From contig CM030338.1 in NCBI GenBank assembly GCA_017654855.1, positions 868,001 to 932,000 of the forward strand: 64,000 nt of DNA, read 5' to 3'. Of this stretch, positions 1 through 12,073 are shown in pieces. Both the position numbers and the translations under genes were made by a program. The notes beneath the pieces are model-generated. The model made no database searches. It was not told the DNA's origin and was given only the letters and a program-made list of their open reading frames with translations. Origin of the DNA: Podospora anserina (Eukaryota). Positions within the stretch are counted from its first letter, which is position 1. Each line of letters starts with the position of its first letter.

Positions 1-3000
1 ATGGCGACAGGTCTGTTTGGCTAAAGGGTGACAGTTCCTCGATCTGGAGCTATGTTAGCATGGTAATCCAGCGATTCAAACCAAAGCATAATCATACCTG
101 TGTGCTGCTGGAGGCATCGGCATTGGCAACAAACAGCCTGTTGCTGTATCTGCCATAATTCGTCTTCAGCCTCCAGTGATCCGCCGAGATAGGCCGCGTG
201 TTGGTGGTGGCCCCTGCCCCAAAGAGAGCCCAGAATCTCGGAGTCTCATAGCCCTCGTCGACCTCGGCCAGATCGCCCGACAACGCAAACTCCATGCCCA
301 CCAATCTCGCACAACCCAACTCCTCCATGTCACTGCCTTTGCCCTTCCAGAGAGTACACTTGCCTTCCTGGGTGATCAGATAAGGAAAGCCAGAGCACAG
401 ACTCAGAGGCGAGAAATCAACCTCATCGAACGCAACCTGGCCGTGGTACCGCCTGCCACAGAGCATGTGCGGCGCAAGCGAGTCGTATTTGTTGCTTGAT
501 CCACGTCGAACAATGATAATGCCGCCGAGAGCCTGCAGAAATTCGGAGCTCTCCTTGCCCTGTGTTAATTTGATGAGCTTGCCGCCAAAGGAGCGAGCTT
601 CCCTCGCCGCAAAGAGGTACGTATCCTCCACGACAGGCGAGGGAACCTCGTCGCCGGCCCAAAAGTAAATTTCATTCACGTTCCTCCCAGTGCTGTCAAT
701 GAAAGAGTGGGGGCAAATGTACATCTCACGCTCGAACAAGACCCGTTCGTGATGTGGCGGCACAGGTATCTTTTTGCCCTCTGGGGTCAGTTGGAAAAGC
801 TGAGCCAGTTGAGTGCGAACGGGCGCGGTCGATACCGGCCGCTTTACGAGAATCTCGGCCGCGTCGGTAGTGTACTTTCGCCGAGGACGCTCTGAGCCAA
901 AGAAATCGGTAAGCATAGACGAAACATCCGAAGCATGCTTCGTAGGAGACCGGAAAGAAGGGGATTGTACAAGAGGTGGGGGGGACGCGACCGTCCGAGG
1001 AGGCGTAGATGTGACCGCGGGAGGCTCGGGAAGAGGCCTAGCGCCCTTGGGGGGCACTCTAGGTGGTCTCTCGAATTCTTTGGTGTCTTTTCGAGGTGGC
1101 TTTGGGGCCACGTCCGACTGTGTCAAGCCCAAGCCGACTCCGCCACCAAGCACTGGGGGGGTGCTCTTGATGGGCGCTGATGGCTCGAGCTGGGGCCTTT
1201 CGCTCAACAACTGCTTTCCAGCCGAGGGACTAGCCAGGCCCGAGAAGCGGTCCTTGGACGGTGAGGACGACCGCAAAGCGAGAGGCTCGGGTTGCGGGCT
1301 TGCAACGGCGGTGAAGCTCTCTTTGGCAGGTGAAGCGGGTCGTGACTTCACAGGCTCGGGCAAGATAGTGGCCTGGTCTTGCTGATCCATAAACTTGGAG
1401 ATCCTCTTCATATCGAGCTTCTTTGGGCTTGACGGTGCGGGTGTAGCGTCCTCCTCAGCGGCACCCAAGGCCTGGTTCTTGGCCGCAAGGGCAACTACCT
1501 GGTCAAACACCTTGGTTGGAGAACGGGAGCGGGTTCTGACAGGAGTAGACACAGCTGCTGGTTCTTCGGCAGCTTGCTGACCCTTAGCAGCAAGCGCTGC
1601 AGCCTGTTCATGAACTTTGGTGGTGGATCGAGGGCGGTTTCTGATGGGAGCAGAGGCCGGTGGAGCCTCATCCTCGGCAGGCTTTGATGCTTGTTGACTC
1701 AATGCCGCGAGTGCTGCCACCTGTTCATGCACCTTGGTCGGCGACCGGGCTCTGGTTTTAACAGAAGGAGATCCAACCAGAGAGATGGGTTGGCCGGTAG
1801 GCTCAGCTTCCACTTTCGAAGCCCGGCTGGAAGAATCAACGAGTGCAATGACCTCTGCAACAGACTTTCGCCTCTGCAGAATGAACGACTTACGCCGTTC
1901 CGCAACCGACTCACTGTCTGTCTTGGAGCCAGAAAACCTGTCCGGCTTCGGGGATGTCACTGGCTTCTCGGTCTTCGAGGCTGCGGTGTCGTTCTCGGCC
2001 GTCGCAGAGCTAGCGAATCTGGAAGGCTTGGGAGAAGTGACTGGCTTGGCCGGGGGCGGAGCGGTGGCAGCTTCCTTGTTCAAGTCGGCAGACGATTGCT
2101 TCTCCACAGGTTGCTCAACGGCCTTTGCAATACTGGACGGGGCCTTCCTCTTAGGACCACGGGCTCTACCCTTTGTCATATGAGTCAGCTGAGGCCCAGG
2201 CTTTGTGGGTTCTTCTGTTGCCGCAGCTTCTCCAGAGTCAGGGCTAACAGACGCCTCTGGGCTCTTGGCTGGGCCCGAAGCTCCTAGCGGACCTCTTGCT
2301 ATGAGGCCTGCCAAAGCAGGATTGAATCTCTCTGCTAACCCTCCAACACTGCCCCCACTTCGGCCACTAAGCCTCCCGGGCAGTGTCGTTTGTTTTGTAG
2401 CCGTTGTTGGCTCAGCTTCTGGAGAAAATTTCGAGGCTGTTGATGAGGAGATTTCTGGCTTGGGGGAGAAATAGCTGGTGCGATTTGAGCTGGCAAGCCC
2501 AGGGGATGCCTGAGGTAATTCCGGAGGGGAAGGCTTGGAGAAAGTACCAGTTCGGTTGAGCTCCAACTTCTTGACCAGGCCCTCGGGAAGTGACTTTTCG
2601 GATGCAGAGCTAAGTTCTCTTGTGACACCCCGCCCTTCTTGTGCCTTTTTGAAATCCTCTTTTTTCTTTAGGATAGCGTCTTTGAACTCGTCCACACGCT
2701 CCGTCTTTTTGGGTCCGCCAGTGATGCTCAAGCCTCTCTTGCCTCTTACAATGTTGTCCTTGAGTTCATCTGGAGCCACATAATTCTGTGTCTTGGTCCT
2801 GCGCAGGCTTCCAAACACAGTCTTGAGCTCATCTACAGCTTCTGATGACTTGTTAGCATCGAAGGCCGGAGAGCGGTGCTTGAGATTGGCGCGGAAATCA
2901 TTTTTCGACGCTACCTCAGGCTTAATCTTGGCTGGTAGGCTGGGGGCAGTAGTCTCAAAGGCCTCGTTTGTTGGTGATGGTTTTCTGAGGTTGTTACGGA

Positions 3001-4924
3001 AATCGCTGACCGGCGCTTTATCGCTCGTCGCAACTGCAGGAACAGCCGGGAACGAGCTCAGCGCGGATGGTTTCAGACTGGCTCCCATGGGAGTGGACCT
3101 CATAAGTCCGTCGGTCTTCACTTCAGCCTTCTTCAAGAAGGATGGGCTTCGTAGCGGCTCCGCGCTCGCGCTGATCACTTTTTGCGCCTTGGCCTTGTTC
3201 AACTCTAGCATCCAGGCAGGCTGGTTTGGTGCAGGGGTTGGGGCAGGCTTCGCTTTGGGGGACTCTGGTTTGTTGAGAGCAGCCTCAAGCCAGCTCGAGC
3301 TTTTGGTGGGACTCCATCTCCGGGGATCCATTGTCTTTGAAGGGCTTGTTGGAGGAGTAGTTTTTTCAGATTCATCCTGTTGCTCAGCCTTTGGCTGTTT
3401 TGGAGTCTTCGCTCCAGCCGGGATGTCTTCCTCTTGCTGTAGTTCCTTCTCTTCCTTTTGGTCTTCCTGTTGAGCCTCCGTCTTCTCTGCCTCCTCTTTT
3501 CCATAGCTCGAAGTAGGTCTTGAAAAAGGGGTCGACGATCCCTCTCTGAACAGCATGCTAGTAGGACGAGGGCTGGCCCTAGGAGACACCACGGAGTCGG
3601 CACGTTGCAAGCCCCCTGGAGAATTTACACTCCACCGCTTGACGCTATCGGAACGCTTCATCATGGCACTTTGCACAAATCCACCCATTCCTTTGGTGGG
3701 AGACCCGGTTCTTGCCGGCGATGTCCGCCCAGGTGATGCGATAGAGTGACGATTAGATGTTGGGGTGTCAGGTTCTCCGAATGCATCGCTAATTGGGGGC
3801 TCGAGACGCTGGGCGCTTGTGATAGGGAGGGGCGATCCGAGCTGCATGGGCAGAGTCTGAGACTCAGGTCGAGGGCTATCCCTTGGGGAGTCCGTTGTGG
3901 AGGGACGAGACATGCCGGGAAGCTGGGTGCGTGCAGATGAAGTGACATCAACCGTGTCTTCGTCCTCGACCTGAGTCTTCCTGAATGCTCCCGAGCCGCG
4001 GCCAGGGTCGGCCGTCTGCCGAAACCAGGAGGGGTCCTTGCCAGCCAGGGACTGCGCAATCTGGTCTCGAGAGAGGGTTTCCTCGGCCGGAGGTGACGGT
4101 TCGGAGAGGTTGGGCGAGTTTCGAGCGGCGTTCTCAGCAGCCACCATTGATAATGGTCTCATCTTGATCCGATCGGAGGTTTGTGACCTAGGCCTTCTTT
4201 GCCACGAAAGGGGAGATCGGGCAGAAGCGACACCGACAGATGGCGAAGTTACAGAGACACTCGTTCGCTTGATATCGGAGTCGAGGGGGGACTCGTTTTC
4301 TTTTGTTGGTGGGCTCGATAAGTCGGTTACGCTATCCGTAGGCTCATCCAATGATGATACACCCCGCGGCAGTGGGCTTCCCGAACGCTCGAATGCAGGA
4401 GATGGCAAGCTTGTGCCATCGGCAAGCGACGGTAGACCAATTCGATGTGAGGTAGGTGATGGCGTGTTGGCTGGGGAAGACTTTTGTGGTGAAATCGATC
4501 TTGCGCGTTCTGTGAAAACAAAACAAACAAAACAGTTAGTTTAGCTCCTTAGCATGTGTGTACAACCTCAACTTCGGAGCCGGCGGGTGGATTTTTGGCG
4601 ACGTCACAGTGCGCCGAGGGTCGAGAGGTCGGAAATTCCACAGCAGCACGACAACGGCGGTCCTAGCTGGCTGTTTCTTCCCGTGGGCTGAGCAAGTTCG
4701 GACGGTGGAGGGGGGTGGTCGGTGGTCGGCGGGATGGCGATGTGCGTGTGGGAAGTCAAATCAGAACAACGGATTGGCTGCGTACCTGCACGTCGGGCCT
4801 GTCGCTCTCTCTTCTCCTGCAGGATCCTCTCCTCGAGTTCTCGCGAGCGTGCCTCGTCCTCTTCTTCGCGTCGCTCCTTCAACAACTCGACTGACCGCAA
4901 AAAGTCGGAAACCTCGTCAGACAT
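1..4924 (-). CDS. Large low-complexity protein with N-terminal coiled-coil (DUF4045-like) and C-terminal gelsolin/villin-type repeats; 3' end runs off the window
   Basis: Exon 1 4924-4786 (MSDEVSDFLRSVELLKERREEEDEARSRELEERILQE), GTACG donor, ACTAAC branch, CAG acceptor at 4510. Exon 2 4509-98 is in frame with the 1438-aa ORF. A further intron (GTATGA at 97, GCTAAC branch) resumes IEELSPFSQTDLSP. Gelsolin-like segments: IYFWAGD, QGKESSEF, LWKGKGS, VDEGYETPRFW. Confidence 0.8.
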
Positions 4925-5818
4925 GGCGTCGTCCTGTCTGCATGACACGCACACGGGGGAAATTAGATTAAAGATGTAAACAATAGGGAGAGCGCTTCGG
5001 CGCGGCTCTGTGCTGTCGGGGCCCGGGGCAGTATCACCAAATCCACGACGGGCTGGTGTTCGCACTTCAAGAGCTTCAAGGAATAGGTAGGCACAAGCAG
5101 GAAGAGAGCATGTAGGGTCCTGGAGGGGCACTTTTGATGGTCTCAAACTGGAACCGGACCGGCAGCACGGGACAACACTTTGGACGCATGGAGGCTTGGG
5201 ACGGGAACCTGGCATCGGCCCTGTGGCTCCACTGCAGCACTCTCCGCCTGCTGATAGGCTGCCCGGAACTTGTCTCAAAGCCCCCTGCGCAGCTCTCCCG
5301 GAGGCGCTCTGACCACATCCACGGCAGTGTCAACGAGGATGCTACCTCGACATAAAAGCCATTGTTTCAAAAACATACTTCCGTACCACATTCTACGTGC
5401 TGTGGGATCCTGTGCCTGTGATCCTTTTGCTGGTGGTCTGTTGGCTTCATCAGAGTCGTAGTAGCCTGCTGACAGTGGACATCGCTCATGTTGTTGGCTG
5501 GCTGAAAAAAGAGCTTTTTTAGAAGTAGGCCCACCCAGCTGACTGGTTTATTTACTCAGATTGCCTGGGCAACTCTCCCCTGGCCTAAAAAACACTCACC
5601 ATCATGGAGGCTCTTCCTTGACTCTAATTTCAGCTGCAATGACGTTTGGCTCTCCACCTCTCCGCTGGGTTACAATGGCGGGGTGCATCACAAGCCCTCC
5701 AGAAATCCTGGAACAAGTACCGACATGGAATGAAACAAGGTCGGTAGAATAAATGTTGATTGTTGGACTTTTGAACCGTGTTCTTACCGAAAATCAAGAT
5801 CTATGATGTGTGGGGAGT

Positions 5819-6658
5819 TTAGTAAAGAAACAACCGGGCTTTGGCGTCGTCCACAACCCAAGCCAGACCTTCTTTCAGGTTTTGTCCCGTGACAGCGCTA
5901 CATCTCAGAATATTCCACTGATGTGTTCGAATCTCATCAAGGTTCAGTCCCTATAGTTGACCATAAGTTAGTCTGGACACTGGATAACACCAGTGGGATG
6001 GGAAGACGTGGCATTGCCGCATACATCTTTAAGCTCCTCTGCCGTCATGCACCCTTCAACATCTGTCTTATTTGCAAACACAAGCAGACTTGCCCCTGAA
6101 AGTCGCTTTTCAACTTATGTCAGCAGCTAGCTGTCGATACAGATCTCGAATCACCTACCTCTTCCTGAAGAAGCCCATGCAATTCCTCTCTGCAGTCGGC
6201 AATGCGCAGTCGATCTGTGGCATCAACCACCCAAATCAAGGCGTCGGTCTTTTCGAAATAGTTGCGCCAGTACGAACGAAGAGTCTTTTGACCGCCGACA
6301 TCCCCTGCTACAGTTAGCTGATGGTTGTTTGGGCGTGTGGTTAGGTAGGGCCACTCACAAATATTTAACTTGTATCTTGACAGGAGTTACTCAGTCAGTA
6401 TGTATTAGCGCTTGAAGATGGTCATAACCTACCCTTCATAGTCAATCGTCTTGATGATGAAGCCAAGGGTGGGGCTGACGGTGTTGATATCCTCGCCCAT
6501 GATCTTTTTGACAATGGTGGTTTTGCCCGCATTGTCAAGACCACTACCATTTCTCAGTGGACTGGACAGGCTGATGAAACAATGGACGGCCTCACTCACA
6601 GCATCAAAATGCGCAGCTCCTTGTCCTTCAACCTTGCCTTCCTCAAAATGGACAGCAT
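5819..6658 (-). CDS. ARL2: ADP-ribosylation factor-like GTPase Arl2 (Alp41/Cin4 family), 6 exons
   Basis: Absent from the ORF track. Exons 6658-6600, 6543-6433, 6375-6359, 6304-6159, 6105-6025, 5950-5819 splice to [29 protein letters not shown]...[21 protein letters not shown]...FANKTD...CSAVTG...ARLFLY*. All Arf-family G motifs are present. Confidence 0.95.
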
Positions 6659-7587
6659 GGCGGTTGGCCTGCCTAACAACAGTTGCTAATTGCGGGGTTC
6701 AAGGTTTTGGCGGAACTGAGCCAGGTCAACAAAGAAAACCTCAAGAAAAAAAGGGACAGTGTTTTTTAGAGGGAGACTATGTCATTTGTCACAAGTTGTG
6801 GATTTGTTGATTCTTTGGAGATTGTTGATGCCTATTTTCGCAGCTTTGTGGCCCATTGTTTGGAGGGTTTGCGCACGTGACCACCCCTGGGACGACCACT
6901 TCAAGGCAGTGAGACAATTATGCAAAGGTGTGGGTGCTAGTTTGAATGCAATGTCTTCGAGGCTCGGCCTTGAAGATAATCGACACGTACTGAGCTTCTA
7001 ACCACACAACAAGGTGATTTTGCTCCTCGAGAGAGAACTGGCTCTTTCCTCCTCTTTGCCTGTCTTTTGTTTGCTCCGAGCCCCCATTGGTTGTGATTCC
7101 AGGTTTGGCACTGTCAGAGTCGGTACGGTTTTCTCTTTGACGGGCCGTACCCGCAGAGAGCAATATTCATCATCCAACCGCTCCTTCCTCAGGTCAGAAT
7201 TAACATCAGACTTTTTTGTCAAGTGAGGGGCTGCTCTGCCGGCAACAGATTACTAAAGCCTCTAAGGTAAACCTTCAGCCTTCTCTTCTTACCTCACCCG
7301 TCCCTCTTCTTCTCTCGCACTGCAGACATTCTCAACTGCCTGGTGCCAGCTGCTTCGCCTAGTCGCAACCTTTCGCCAGAGTTATTCCCACCTTACGAAG
7401 TCGCCTGGCTCATAGTTGCCTAGCTCATCACCTTTTTCTCCTCCGTGAGTCACACAGGTGACTCCCATCTTGTCACTAGATATCTACTTCACTCCTGTTC
7501 GGTTGCGACTAGTCGCCTCAGGTATCTCTTCCCATCGCTTACTAGTTTCTCGTTCTGACTTCTAATCTTTGTTGTCCGCTCGACAGC

Positions 7588-10103
7588 ATGTACAAGCAAG
7601 TTGGGCCCCAGGTACCCAACCTAGACTCGATCGAGTCGACCGCCAACTTCATGGCTGCCGCAGCCAGATTCAACCCTCGCCATGGAATCAAGAGACTTGG
7701 TCAGCAGGAGGAGTCCAACTCTCTTGATCGTATCCTTGCCGATCAGCGAGCCCCTACCGACAGGACAGGGCTTGGATATGCCCCAGAGCCAGTTGCTTCC
7801 CAGGAGAAGCCCTCCGGTATTGTCTCGAGTATCCCGTACAGAGACAAGGATGGGTGGCACGTTCCCCCGATTACACGAGAGGCCCTCGAGGAGTCGGCTA
7901 GAATTGCGATGGCCCCTCCCCAGTCACAGTCTCATGCCGACGATTGGGGTGATGGTTGCGGCCCGGCTTCCCCCAATAATTGGGACGACGGTTGGGGCTC
8001 GACTCCTGCTCTGAAGTCTGATTGGGACGAGGGTTGGGGTTCGGCTCCCGCTGTGAAGATTGAGAATTCAACATCTGCCGCCAATGTTCAGAAGAGCGGG
8101 TCGCGCGTGATCACAAAGCCTGGACCGGGCACTGGTAGCTATGGGTTCCCTTTAGCAGCTCCAAGTGGTTGGTATGACGCATCGGGCCCATCAACTTCGA
8201 GAGGAAACTGGGGCACAACTGTCGATTCACCTTACGATCTAAAAGTAAATCAGTCGAGACGCTATATAGCCCCTCATCTCCGTCAGAAATTCGTGTCCGC
8301 GGGCACCCAGCCTGGCCAGCCTGGGCCAACAGGTGCTGCTTCAACTTCGAGGCAGAATCCATCGACTGCCCAAGTCGAGAAAGCGAGCCTTCCTGTATCT
8401 ACTAGTACAGCCCAACCCATGCCTCTCGCTCACACCCCTGCCAAACGCCCGTCGAGTGAGCGCTTGGCGATTCTCCCACTCAAGGCTGAGAACATCTCTC
8501 CAGATCTTGTAAGTACACGCCTTTCTTCACATCAGGGTACGCCCTATGTCTAACCTGGATTCCCGCGCAGACTACATATAGGATCCCCCGTCCCGACATG
8601 AACTTTCATGGCTCTGAGAATAGCCCTCCCGCCTCGGTAAGCACCATTGACATCAGCGATACGGGCGTCCAAGAACTTCCGGGCACCCGTGACGTTCGCA
8701 ACTGCATTGCCTTGGAGAGGGATGTTTTTGTGGACAGGCAAGGTAGATTTTACCAGACCAATTGGGCGAAGGCATTTCACCATCGTGACAATGATGACGA
8801 GTACTTCGACACCGAGCATTATCTCACGCCTTTCGTCACTACTTGGGTCCAGGGTGTTCCAGACGACGTGAGGCCTCGATTTCTTCGTGATGAGGTACCT
8901 GACCATTGGAAGTCCGATGTCGACACCAACACCGGCTTACTTGTGGAGCCTGTTCACTTCCCTGACACAATTATAGGCGATAATTCCGCGCTGACGGGGG
9001 AAGAGGACTGGCGACGACGTAACTGGTCCAGCAATCTCCTGATTCACCGCAGATTTGCTGAGCAACACAAGTACAAAAAGAAGAAGGGCCTCAGGGCTCA
9101 AGAACGTCAGCTGGCCTACAAGCCGGGGAAAGTGGAAGAGTACGTCAAGCCTGAGCCCCAGCCGGAGGATGAAGCGACTGCAATGACTCCTTACGATCGG
9201 GGTGTTCCCAAGATTCCGGCCTTCCTACGACCCGCCGAAGTGGTTGATATGAGAGCAGTCAGCCAAATCTATGAGGCTGAAATGAGGAGTGGCTTTCAGG
9301 TTGTTGACTCGGAACCTCCTACGGCTGAAGATTGGGAAACGGTCTTGCGGACCTCTCGTGAGTTCTCAATGCCTTTCATCGTCGCCGTCTACGGCAGCGC
9401 TCGTGGTTTGCGTTTGAAGGAGGGCAACCTTCAGTGGTCCGACGAACCCCAAGTCCCTTACAATGAGCAGGACGCCGCAAGGCAAGGATTTGTCAAGGGT
9501 CAAATCCTTGGGTTTGCCTATGCCAGCGTTTGGCAGCCAGGCATCGCTGGCAGTGGACAAGGCACAAGCCGGTATACGGCCAGACTCCATGTCTGGGTCG
9601 ATCCCAAGCATCGTCGGAATAAGTTGGGATTCTGTCTCCTCGACAAGCTGCTGGCTTTCATGTCGCCCCCGCACATTCCTCGCACGGGAATCGATTTTAT
9701 CGACATCCACAACAATCCGATTTACCACAAGTTGCAAGATGACGATTTGAAGGGAACCCCCATGGAGGAGTTGAAGAAAGAGGAGGCCAGACGGAACAGG
9801 CCCAGGAAGTATTACAACGTCCAAATCAGCTACAAGTTCAAGCACAGGCCCCGCTGGCAACTGAACAACCCGACACGACACCCAGCTCTCAAGGATTATG
9901 TCAAGGACTTGGACTGGGTGAAGAAGTTGTTGGAAGAGAAGCTTCCATTCATCAAGCTGGTCACATTTGAGGCTGTCCATCAGTCATCGAAGCTGAGGGA
10001 GCCGAAGGAAGAAGATGGCAACAAGAAAGTCTTCTGGCTCGATGAGTTTGTGTGGGAGTATTACTGCACCTCAGGCCTGCCTGATTCTGATGATGGCTTC
10101 TAG
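7588..10103 (+). CDS. Protein with disordered GW/WG-rich N-terminus and C-terminal GNAT (acyl-CoA N-acyltransferase)-like domain
   Basis: The 321-aa and 501-aa ORFs join in frame through intron 8509-8570 (GTAAGT..TCTAAC..GCAG). GNAT-like segments: LRPAEVVDMRAVSQIY, ILGFAY, LHVWVDPKHRRNKLGFCLLDKLL. A probable 5'UTR intron 7522-7586 ends just before the ATG. Confidence 0.75.
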
Positions 10104-12052
10104 TTCTCGGGAGTGGCTGATCTGGGCTGGCTGAGAGCAAGGGGTACTCGTCAACGGGGAGGGGAGGAGAGGAGTCTGCCTTGAGGCAGAAGGTTTTTAC
10201 GGTTGAAAGTAGTAATGTATGCCTTACTGACATGATTGGTAATATTTGCGGCCATCTTCCAAGATGGAATTACCGGCGTGGGAAGATAATTACTGTGGAT
10301 GTGTAGGTTTAGTGTGTCATGGTCGGAAGGAGGGCGAAAGGGTCTATACAGACATAATCATTGTGACATTAGTTTTGGTAGTCGGTGGGCAAAGGAAAAG
10401 AGAAACAACCAGTGGTTGTTGTATTATAGCGGCGAGATTTTTGCTGGTGCTTGCTTGTTCTTCCATTTTTTTGACATATTGATACTGCCTAAGATTTTGA
10501 GATTCTTTCTGTTCTCTCTAGACTATGCTTCATGCTACAATGGAAATTGTAATGATGCTGCATAGACTCAGGTCCCTGATTGTTGTGGAAGGGTTTGTTT
10601 ACATCTCTACCCCTTTTCGCTGACTATCAAGAATTCTTTTGTTGCCTATTCACACTCCGGTTCCGTGCCAATCCTTGCCATCTTTTACGTCTTTTTGTTT
10701 TCATATTGATGCTCTTTATACCTAGGATTGTGAAAACGGCGTTTGCCTATATCTTATCACGCCCTCATATACACCTTATCATAGCTCATATCATATACCC
10801 CCCCCTCCCTTTTCTTCCACAGTTTCCCCATTGAACCCCGGCTACCGGTCGCGCAGAAGCGGCCGTCAGTTTTTGAGTTTTCGGTCCGAAACCCTTTCTT
10901 CAGCTTTGGCCCGTGGTGAGGTGTGCGATTATTCGGTGGTGGTTATACGTAATGGGTAGGTGGTGTAGAGTGGTGTGGTTGTGGTGGTGTAAATATCAGC
11001 CAACCCACAACCCTTTTGCTTCCCGCCTAGGTTCGCTACGTAACCGAGCTCCCGAGGGATGCATGCATGCTTAAGAGAAAAGAGCTCAATGTATAAAAGA
11101 CCCAAAGTGGGAAGTTCATTCCACCCTTTTCGCTTGTTCCAATTGTCTGGTTCTGGCTCTTGTATGCAGGCCTCGCTCAATTTGGACAATTTCATGTCTG
11201 CGATGTATGGCGCGGCCAGCGAATGCAACATTGAAGGAATTGGAATTGGAGGTACCAGAGAGCTGTCAACCAAGGGTAAAATATATGATTTTACCCGGAA
11301 GCCCAATCGAGATTTTTGACGGTAGCTCTTTTGCCTTTTTGGGCGGGGACTGGAGGGGAGAGATGGAAGGGAGGAGAAGAGATCTGAAACATGTCATGGT
11401 CTCGTTTCCAGAGATTGGGGACTGGTGGGTTGAAGAGACGTTGGGGTTTGGTTGCTGTACATATATCCAATGGGGTATAGAAATGGTAAAAGAGGTGTTG
11501 AAGAGTAGAAAGACAATTGCAACTTAAGCGCAATCGTGAGTAGGCACCTACCGTTGATTGATAACCAGACGCCCGAGTTTCTCCAGTAGATATTACAGCT
11601 GCGAGAAAGAAGGCACGGGACGGGATGAAACGAAGTGGCGTGGAGAGGTGGTAATTACCTCTACCAGACTTTCCAATTGTCTTCACAGAAGACAGACACT
11701 TCCAAAAATTCAGAAAAGTAACGCGAGAGATAACGTGAGAAAGCAAGTGAGAGAAACCAATACCACCTCTGCTTTGCCGACCTGCTGTCAAAAAGTCTAG
11801 ACTTCAAAGATCTCAGACTTGACACTTGCCGAACTGTGGATCCGTCCCCGTCTCCATCTCTCCCCCGCATCATACTGGAGAAGTAAAGTAATCATGAACT
11901 TGACACTCATATTTCCCAGTTGGTAACACATCTGGCCGAAAATTCTACAAGCCGTCCCGGACTGAACAAGATCCGGGGATCGAATCGTGTCAAATCTCTC
12001 CTCGAGCGAGCCGTTGGCGAGTGTGTACTGGCCGTTGGGTTGGTTGCTGTCG

Positions 12053-12073
12053 TACATACATACATACATACAT
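12053..12073 (+). repeat. (TACA)n microsatellite
   Basis: tacatacatacatacatacat read directly. Confidence 0.9.
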
